Shown here: positions 57,801 to 64,000 of the stretch, piece after piece
How positions within the stretch are numbered: position 1 is the stretch's first letter
Layout: the number at the start of each line of letters is the position of its first letter
NCBI GenBank assembly: GCA_964490105.1
Contig: CAZAZU010000001.1
Location: forward strand, 498,361 to 562,360
Source of the DNA: an uncultured Gammaproteobacteria bacterium
GTDB taxonomy: Bacteria; Patescibacteriota; Microgenomatia; Levybacterales; UBA12049
Direction: 5' to 3'
DNA length: 64,000 bases
The notes under the pieces: model-generated
The model's database searches: none
Told to the model about the DNA's origin: nothing
The model's input: only the letters and a program-made list of their open reading frames with translations
Position numbers and translations under genes: made by a program

Positions 57801-59710
57801 AAGCATTAATTAGCAGAATTGCTGAAATAGACGTTAGAAGAAAATTAGGAATTAGCGAGCAAACAGATCATGTAATGTACTCTTCAGAAAAAGTAATCCA
57901 GCAGGAAAAACTTGCACTTGAAGAACTAAGACTAAAAGCCATTGAAGCTGTCAGGTTTTCAGGTATAAGTCATGAAGACTATCAAAGAATCTTAGGTGAA
58001 AAAACAAGAAAATGGGAAAACTTTTTAGCTCGAACTAGTAAGGCACAGGATAAAAAGTTTGATAAATATAGAACTCGTGAAAGCAGAAAAGCATTCGTGG
58101 AAGGAGCTGTTAAGGGAGCAGTTGGAGCAGGTGTAATAGCAGCCGGAACTACTGGAATCAGAATGGCATCTGATGCACTGGGAATCGATGTAGTTGGAGG
58201 AGTAAGAAATATAATTGATGAAAGAATTAGATATATAAGAGGAGAGATAAATGAACTTTCAAGCAAACCACAAGGAGTTCCAAACGAACAACCAGTTAAA
58301 TTAGCAATGGATGGCCACTATTCCAACGGACATCAAGTTTTTGACTCAATGCTAAATATTGATTCAGCAACTGCGACTGATACTGAAGTTGCGGTTTTCG
58401 CACAAGAAGCTCCATTAAATTTTTATGATACAAAATTAGATGGCAAAACAATTAGTATTCCAGAACACACTAGATTAGTCATGGACAGAATTAACGGTGG
58501 GTATGATTTAGTTTCAAGTCGTGATGGCACAACAGTTCTACTTGATGACGTCCGTTGGGAAGAAGGAAAACTAGTTGCTAATCCAAATAGTCTTTGGGCC
58601 GATAAAATCACAGCTGAAACCTCTACAACGCCTGATATGAGAAGAGTTTTGGGAAAAAATGGAGTTTGGAAAGAAATGGCCACGCCGATTAAAGATATTG
58701 ATTGGGATCCGAATGGAACTCCTGGAAAATATGATAAAGATGAATTAGGAATATTTAACAAACGCGATGGAGACGCAGTGGTATTTAGAATTCCTAGTTC
58801 CTCAAATGGATTTTTCTTAAATATAAACGGCGATAGAGTTTGGCTACCAGAAACTAGAGATGGAATCGTAAGGCTTGATCCTGATTCTAAAAAACTCATC
58901 CCTGGAAGACATGACGGAATGACTTATGGAGATGTTGCAAGAATAGCAATTGATCAGGAGGAGCTTAGAAAATATCACGGAAGTCTTCAAACTGAAGTTC
59001 ATACCGAGAGAAGAGAAATATTTAGAGTTGACGCTATCGAAGCGGGAACATTTAGAAATGGTAGAGCTACAATCCATGCAACCATTTTAGGATGTGGTGA
59101 AACTCCAAAAGAAATTAAAATGGGAACAGTTACAAATAGTGTTACTAAAATATTAGCAGGTGAACTTCCCGAACCAGTAGAACCAATTGATCCAACTCCT
59201 GGGCCTACTCAAACATCAAACCCAACAACTACTCCGACTGCTTCACCAGAACCGACAAAATCACCCTGGATAACGCCAAGAACTACTCCGGAGCCAACTC
59301 CTGACCCAACACCAAGGCCTGCTCCTACACCTGAACCAGCTATTCCTACTGGAAGCGGGTTTACATTTGAATGGCCAGACCTAAGTAATATCAACATCCC
59401 GCCAACCATAGCAACTCCAATGGCTAGAAGATATCCATTAGAAAGTGTTTATGCAGCTACAACAAGACCAACTCCAATTTATCCTGCTGTTTTACCGCCT
59501 ACTACTCCGCCATTAGCGTCGACTCCACATGCTAGCCCGAGATTTATGGCTAGAAGATATGGCGATCAGATGAGTCGCGGACTAACAGATGAGGAAAAAG
59601 GGAAAATTGCACTTTATGCTAATGAGGGGAATTCAGATCAAGAAATTGCGAATAAGCTTAATATTCCGCTAAGTCAAGTTCGGCATGTTAGATACGGAAG
59701 AAATAATTAA
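54842..59710 (+). CDS. Giant orphan protein (1622 aa) with glycine-rich hydrophobic hairpins, Pro/Thr linker and C-terminal HTH-like segment
   Basis: Long uninterrupted ORF with its own promoter; domain hints read from the translation only. Confidence 0.8.
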   Translation: MAAQRIESTGSHPEADNLPNNGSHLQIDRGLTQLELGLSTAPVLGENGTPGAEDERINSGKREEVLQAFARQFEAFREAPDTVLEDWEAAERGEMAEILDTGKVDFANGVDSFRENGRTRRLPIQAFMNFVAVKADEDEQVENDRRILEKYSRSPISTIRGDGQISRQTHRQLADEAAQATQDRRSAVRRAQTGVRWFYPPKNADINNTTPEASQPQDLSGAMQIFEEALRRYRHANSPIDKKTAKRELDLITRQMGDLTGDTAAVKEFLEARREEARKSGKADRGTASKLEIRASKLRIERAADRLYELEDLRSNEPIILGNSPSSDISDRGSDLPSETAEEIITTPWLTSMIETQVRQDDAPWGKPKLPGNVTVTTENALEKIKTPLRLSGGLNPGEKKGYSQPQASQIIRKAGEELYRSYKKTWDEVSKLRADSDSKVTSKSDPITSSAHDFTPPSYTSVDWSKTDNAREVWEAQFREAVKAEEKLPALPIPISAADQLQADEDAERARKTAEDDKRRAARTAIDDARRLGQPIPEVDEKGFLVDPTLKPDEDLFPEHDYTPPPPYVSIDWSQTEKERQNWEFKFQLLNDIASWDQGDIGSEDSGIPPVETVPPVAEKENVKFNIIFTSLDPAYDQEAEKWAEQKLQQELTPTKGRLGKIRSIRRVAATRITEEGKRLKYTKAYKETLVKAGNPYAQIDIKTGEVTDADQDRDKFDASVQATLRGLDINPEQFVARKATIDEKLQEKISFELYGYAAGKLSPAEIEERFARFTKANSVDLRKYFGKDLDSSDFMAGFNSNLIQKLGEIREAIDHGVITLDQVDFNVGFAIPRWGTETQAELTRRDKLIKGAQKRRKTGVLANPLVLGGGASIGTSLAWGAAGWGARSVAPVVGILPGALIGGWNAKARRSYDLKRDRATFEKDQASGVKVTSDQPRRLALDSFSRRKTSTRQLNYGVSNLISRDLSNNPFLSDKRKEQNEKALQALISRIAEIDVRRKLGISEQTDHVMYSSEKVIQQEKLALEELRLKAIEAVRFSGISHEDYQRILGEKTRKWENFLARTSKAQDKKFDKYRTRESRKAFVEGAVKGAVGAGVIAAGTTGIRMASDALGIDVVGGVRNIIDERIRYIRGEINELSSKPQGVPNEQPVKLAMDGHYSNGHQVFDSMLNIDSATATDTEVAVFAQEAPLNFYDTKLDGKTISIPEHTRLVMDRINGGYDLVSSRDGTTVLLDDVRWEEGKLVANPNSLWADKITAETSTTPDMRRVLGKNGVWKEMATPIKDIDWDPNGTPGKYDKDELGIFNKRDGDAVVFRIPSSSNGFFLNINGDRVWLPETRDGIVRLDPDSKKLIPGRHDGMTYGDVARIAIDQEELRKYHGSLQTEVHTERREIFRVDAIEAGTFRNGRATIHATILGCGETPKEIKMGTVTNSVTKILAGELPEPVEPIDPTPGPTQTSNPTTTPTASPEPTKSPWITPRTTPEPTPDPTPRPAPTPEPAIPTGSGFTFEWPDLSNINIPPTIATPMARRYPLESVYAATTRPTPIYPAVLPPTTPPLASTPHASPRFMARRYGDQMSRGLTDEEKGKIALYANEGNSDQEIANKLNIPLSQVRHVRYGRNN

Positions 59711-60378
59711 TTATCTTTAATATTTACTTTTGATAATAAAATAATTATCAAATCAATTGCGATTGGAAAAAATAATACCCATATCCCCTTTTTTACTATT
59801 TCCGCAAACTCTTGGGAGTTAAAAAATAAAATAATCGAATCAGGAATCCTCACACCCAAAAAATAACAAACTACAATAACAGTTGCAATTACTGTTAAAA
59901 GAAAAGCTGATCCTTCTAAATCTTTAGAGCTGGAAAACATAGTATTTCCGATTTGAAATACTGCGAAGAATACGAGCACATAATTCCATGGAAAGCCTAT
60001 CATTGATCTGTCTGACAAAAAGTAAAACACAAAAAAAGATATTATTAAAATCCCTACGAAAACCGGTGCGAAGCCAATGATAGCCCGCCTGATAGGATCA
60101 GTTTCTTGAATAGCAACACTTCCCATGATTATCCTATCCCCATCTGGCTCTGGTGTAAAATTTAATCCACTCGTTCTAACCAGCATAGCTTCAGCTACTA
60201 ATAGGTGTGCTAATTCATGAACTATGACTCCGGGAAGAAGAAATAAATGAAAAAGTCTGATTGCTAAACTCTCTCTCCTTGTAACTTTTAAAAATAAGAA
60301 AGAAATTGATCTTATTAACAATTTAGAAAGAAAAAAAAGAAAGATGAATTCTAAAATAAAAATTAAGACGTAAACCAC
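59707..60378 (-). CDS. Membrane zinc metalloprotease (M50B-like)
   Basis: LPGVIVHELAH, IGFAP, SSSKD; multiple TMs. Confidence 0.75.
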   Translation of the reverse strand: MVYVLIFILEFIFLFFLSKLLIRSISFLFLKVTRRESLAIRLFHLFLLPGVIVHELAHLLVAEAMLVRTSGLNFTPEPDGDRIIMGSVAIQETDPIRRAIIGFAPVFVGILIISFFVFYFLSDRSMIGFPWNYVLVFFAVFQIGNTMFSSSKDLEGSAFLLTVIATVIVVCYFLGVRIPDSIILFFNSQEFAEIVKKGIWVLFFPIAIDLIIILLSKVNIKDN

Positions 60379-60382
60379 ATAT

Positions 60383-61570
60383 TTATCTTAACGTATTTTT
60401 CGAATCTGTGTCAGGAATTTTAAAGTATACCCAAAGAGCAATTGGCATGACAATCAAAATTACCTTGGGATGATATTCATAAACTGGAGAAATTAAAAGA
60501 CTTACAAAAGTAAAAAGGTAAAGATATTCTTGTTTTCCCTTTTCTTTGGCATATAAAAAAATAGAAAGAATTATTGGAATATAAACAGGAAATGTATATC
60601 TAAAAACAGAAACAAAAATATGAAAATAATGATCGCTTGGTAAGAATAAAAAGATAACAAAATTAGATAATCCTATTAATATAAATTTTGTAATTTTACT
60701 AAATTTTCTTTTTTTATAACTTTTGAATAGAATAAAGAATGAAATAAAAATTGAAAAAAACCATATAGAATACTCACCAAATCCAGCGTTAATAAAATTA
60801 ATCGCTCCGCTAAATGAAATAAAGGAAACTTCCCATACCTGAGTGCTTAGTATTTCAAAACCTGATTTTGGAAAAAATAAAAATGACTGCGGATAAAATG
60901 GATTTCCCGTATGGAATAAATTTCGCAAATACCAAAAAAGACCAAATATTAAAAAAGGTAAAAAGAAAAAAGGGAATAATTTAAGATTAAAATTTTTTAA
61001 TATTTTTTTTAAGTAAAAGATTATTAGAATAAAAAAATAAAGCGGGCCGCTGAATTTACTCCCAATCAGCATTCCAGCTGAGGTGCCAATCGCTAAATAA
61101 CGGCTATTTTTCTTTTTCATCCCCTCTAGCAGAAGGAGTGTGAGAGTGAAAAAAACCGCAAGCCAGATATCGATTATCTGCATATTAATCCACCTGAGCA
61201 TAATAGGAAGAGAAGAAATAGCTACGCCAAATACAATCGACAAATTATTCCCCAAGCCTGTTCTTTTACCTAACAAATAACAAATTACAAACAAAAAGAT
61301 AACTCCAATTACATTAAGTAACTGGATTGGAATTTTAAATAAAAGAAGTACCGCGATTAACCCCTCCGAAGCACCTGGAGAATATTTCATAAAAGAAATC
61401 CCATCTATTTTTTCAGGATTAAAAATATTTCCATTTAGAAAAGATTTGGCTATGGGAATATGATAATTAAGACTATCTCCATCAGGTGTAATATTTGTAA
61501 AAGCTAAAAAGGTAAAATAGGTGATTAAATATATGAAGAAAATAAAAATTATTTTTGTGAATTTTTTCAT
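60383..61570 (-). CDS. GT-C-like multi-pass membrane protein
   Basis: 'DGDSLNYHIP', 'GSKFSG', 'WYLRNLFHTGNPFYP'. Confidence 0.7.
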   Translation of the reverse strand: MKKFTKIIFIFFIYLITYFTFLAFTNITPDGDSLNYHIPIAKSFLNGNIFNPEKIDGISFMKYSPGASEGLIAVLLLFKIPIQLLNVIGVIFLFVICYLLGKRTGLGNNLSIVFGVAISSLPIMLRWINMQIIDIWLAVFFTLTLLLLEGMKKKNSRYLAIGTSAGMLIGSKFSGPLYFFILIIFYLKKILKNFNLKLFPFFFLPFLIFGLFWYLRNLFHTGNPFYPQSFLFFPKSGFEILSTQVWEVSFISFSGAINFINAGFGEYSIWFFSIFISFFILFKSYKKRKFSKITKFILIGLSNFVIFLFLPSDHYFHIFVSVFRYTFPVYIPIILSIFLYAKEKGKQEYLYLFTFVSLLISPVYEYHPKVILIVMPIALWVYFKIPDTDSKNTLR

Positions 61571-61619
61571 ACATTAAATACGTTCATTGTGGCAATGTTA
61601 ATCAAAACTTAAAGTTATC

Positions 61620-62330
61620 TTAAACATTTTTTATCCTGTAAGTAAATATTATTATTAACATTTTTATTCCTACTATTACCGATCGCATCATGGAACCTGT
61701 AATCTTTGACTTACCGACTCTCTGTCTATAATTAACTGGAGCTTCAATTACCGACAAGCCATTAAGTAATGACAGGACTGTAAATTCTGACAAGAAATAT
61801 GAACCGCCGACGCTGAATTTTGAATTAATTAATTTTAATGATTTTCTATTAATCACTCTAAACGTACATCCACAGTCTGATAACGAGGTTTTAGGTGAAT
61901 AAAGAATTTGCATAATCTTAGCTAAGATTAAATTACCAAATCTTAACGCACCCTTCATATTTGCTTTTTTACCGATATATTTCATATTAGTTCTGGAACC
62001 CATAACCAGATCATATTTATCGGTGTGTTTTAAAAGCTTTAGTAAATCTTTTGCTAAAAAGGTTCCGTCCGGTTCACAAAGAACTATCAAATCCCCTTTC
62101 GCCTCTTTTAAACCTCTTCTTAATGCATAACCATAACCTTGTTTTGTCTCTTTTATAACTTTTGCCCTTTTTAACTTAGCAATCTTACTTGTTTTATCTT
62201 TAGAATTATTATCAATTACTAAAATTTCATCGATAATTTTTAATTTTTTAAAATCTAGAATTGCATTTGCGATATTTTCTTCTTCATTATATGCAGGAAA
62301 AACTACTGAAATTATTTTATTTTTATACAT
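61620..62330 (-). CDS. GT2 glycosyltransferase (DPM-like)
   Basis: VFPAYNEE, DNNSKD, QGYGYAL, EPDGTF, RVGKSKI. Confidence 0.88.
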   Translation of the reverse strand: MYKNKIISVVFPAYNEEENIANAILDFKKLKIIDEILVIDNNSKDKTSKIAKLKRAKVIKETKQGYGYALRRGLKEAKGDLIVLCEPDGTFLAKDLLKLLKHTDKYDLVMGSRTNMKYIGKKANMKGALRFGNLILAKIMQILYSPKTSLSDCGCTFRVINRKSLKLINSKFSVGGSYFLSEFTVLSLLNGLSVIEAPVNYRQRVGKSKITGSMMRSVIVGIKMLIIIFTYRIKNV

Positions 62331-62333
62331 TCT

Positions 62334-63791
62334 TTACCAAACAGCCACAAGAACTGATTGAAAAATCAGAACTTGAACAGCTTGCAGCAAGAGGAGCAGG
62401 GTAAATTGCCGATTGGTAAATTTTAGTTTAAATGTTACAAAGTTTGCAACAACAATTACTAAGAGTGGTGCAAATGGCAGCCAAATTCGACCTGTTTCAG
62501 CTCTCACAGTACCGCTAAAATTAACTACAATTAGCATAATGATAAAAGATAAGAAAACTGAGTCAATTTTCCTTAAGCTTTTTGTTTTTTTAAAAGTTTT
62601 TAAAGACTCAAATATAAGATAACCAAACATTATTCCTATTGGAATTCCAGTTAAAAGAATAAAGTCAAACAAATTATAAAAATACCAAGTTAGATGTTCT
62701 CTACCTGCTTGCGCCGCTTCATGGTAAATCATAATTGTTTTTACTGTTTCAATAAAATTAAAACCCACGAAGAATAAAAGAAAGGGGATTAATATAAAAC
62801 CAGATAAAAACGAAATAAAATTTTCTATAACTTTTTTTAAATCTTTTCTATTTTGAATAAATTTGAGAAAAAACAGCATAAAAAAGAAAAATAAAAATGG
62901 AATAAAGGTTAAAGTAAAATATGCACCAAGAAATAAAATTAAACCAGAAAAAAAGAAATATAAATAATCATTTGTTTGATTTCCCTTCAAAAATAAATAC
63001 AAAGATATACATGTAAATAAAGGCATAAAAACATCAATAAGAGGCGTAAATAAAAGAAAGCTAGGAACGAAAATAAATAACACGCTACTTCTAATTGCAG
63101 CTTTTTCTCCGTAAAGAATTTTTGATGATAAATATATCGGAATTATTGAAAGACTTGCTATAAAAGCTATGACAAATCCAGATACCAGAGCATTAAATTT
63201 TTGATACATTTCTAAACCATTCCACAGAAGAGCAACATCAGTATGAGTGGGATTAACGGACAAAATATTAGCGAATAAATGAGAAAAGGGTTTTAGGATA
63301 AATTCTAATAAATAATAAACTAAAACTCCGCCGGGTGGATGAAATCTTGCATACATCGGATAATCATAAAGACTTTGATTATAATTTCTTAGAAAACTAC
63401 CTAAATCAAAAATCTGATTAGATACCGAAAAATATCCACTTATCATGGGATTTATGGTTCTGTGAACCAATACCTCAACACCTGATCTACTGTAATAAAG
63501 AAGGCTTATTTGAAGCAAGAAAGAAAGAATTACAAACACTAATATAGTTTTGTAATTATTAGATTTTCTAGTTTTATTTTCCTTTTTTCTGAATATTAAG
63601 ATAATTAATGTAATTACTCCTAGAGGAGCCCAAACTCGAGAAAGAGTATTTGCGGGCTCATAAGGCCATCTCCAGTCAGGTGGATAAGGAGCAGGTCCTC
63701 TTAAGTAAGGTGAAAAATCAAATGCAATTAAAGCAAAAAAAATAATTGAAATTAATGAAGTAATTATTAAGAATGAAGGCCTCTTAAACAC
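62334..63791 (-). CDS. GT-C membrane glycosyltransferase-like protein
   Basis: Many TMs; 'ARFHPPG', 'AETGRIWLPF'. Confidence 0.72.
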   Translation of the reverse strand: MFKRPSFLIITSLISIIFFALIAFDFSPYLRGPAPYPPDWRWPYEPANTLSRVWAPLGVITLIILIFRKKENKTRKSNNYKTILVFVILSFLLQISLLYYSRSGVEVLVHRTINPMISGYFSVSNQIFDLGSFLRNYNQSLYDYPMYARFHPPGGVLVYYLLEFILKPFSHLFANILSVNPTHTDVALLWNGLEMYQKFNALVSGFVIAFIASLSIIPIYLSSKILYGEKAAIRSSVLFIFVPSFLLFTPLIDVFMPLFTCISLYLFLKGNQTNDYLYFFFSGLILFLGAYFTLTFIPFLFFFFMLFFLKFIQNRKDLKKVIENFISFLSGFILIPFLLFFVGFNFIETVKTIMIYHEAAQAGREHLTWYFYNLFDFILLTGIPIGIMFGYLIFESLKTFKKTKSLRKIDSVFLSFIIMLIVVNFSGTVRAETGRIWLPFAPLLVIVVANFVTFKLKFTNRQFTLLLLLQAVQVLIFQSVLVAVW

Positions 63792-63835
63792 AGATACTTT
63801 ATGATATCAAATTTCAGAAATATTTAACGAAGAAT

Positions 63836-64000
63836 TTATTTCTTTTTATTTATGAGGAATAAAAGCGATATTAGAAGAGCAAATCCGCTAACTGACAAGA
63901 GCATGAATAAATTAAAATTTCCAGAATTAAATATAGCATCTCTATATTCTTTAAAAAGTAAAAGAAGTGAAAAAGCTAAAACCAAAACTAAAAATGAAAC
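63836..64000 (-). CDS. C-terminus of a membrane protein (runs off window)
   Basis: Open frame VSFLVLVLAFSLLLLFKEYRDAIFNSGNFNLFMLLSVSGFALLISLLFLINKKK*. Confidence 0.6.
   Translation of the reverse strand, partial: VSFLVLVLAFSLLLLFKEYRDAIFNSGNFNLFMLLSVSGFALLISLLFLINKKK

Noticed and set aside
54937-59409. Multiple antisense and off-frame ORFs within the giant gene and other long genes
   Set aside because: They are shadow ORFs of the purine-rich coding strand, with no motifs or independent start signals.

Overview
This is a gene-dense, AT-rich bacterial chromosome segment with no prophage, CRISPR array or transposase. Gene content and style suggest a CPR/Patescibacteria genome, probably Microgenomates (inference): compact AspRS, mini-TsaB, class I aldolase/PfkB/RpiB/Tkt/Gap cluster, many GT-C membrane glycosyltransferases and large orphan proteins. 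It carries housekeeping genes (gltX, aspS, recJ, cca, secDF, ftsEX, prfB, tsaBCE, uppP, tRNA-Gln), a nucleotide-sugar/glycosylation operon (21.7-31.7 kb), a second polysaccharide island (47.5-54.6 kb) and a 1622-aa orphan. The most striking signal is an ~82-bp hairpin element present in three copies. Each copy is inserted exactly at a start codon inside an operon, duplicates ATGRA, shows compensatory base changes and carries two conserved mini-ORFs, the second with its own SD-like motif and ending just before the duplicated start. Other notable signals are a T-box leader with an atypical 5' domain ahead of argH-argG, a four-segment terminator/antiterminator leader ahead of a nucleotide-sugar operon, a circularly permuted M23 peptidase, TANNNT boxes exactly 6 nt before many start codons (leaderless genes), and several small ORFs missed by the ORF track. 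All calls were made by eye; no database searches or folding programs were run.
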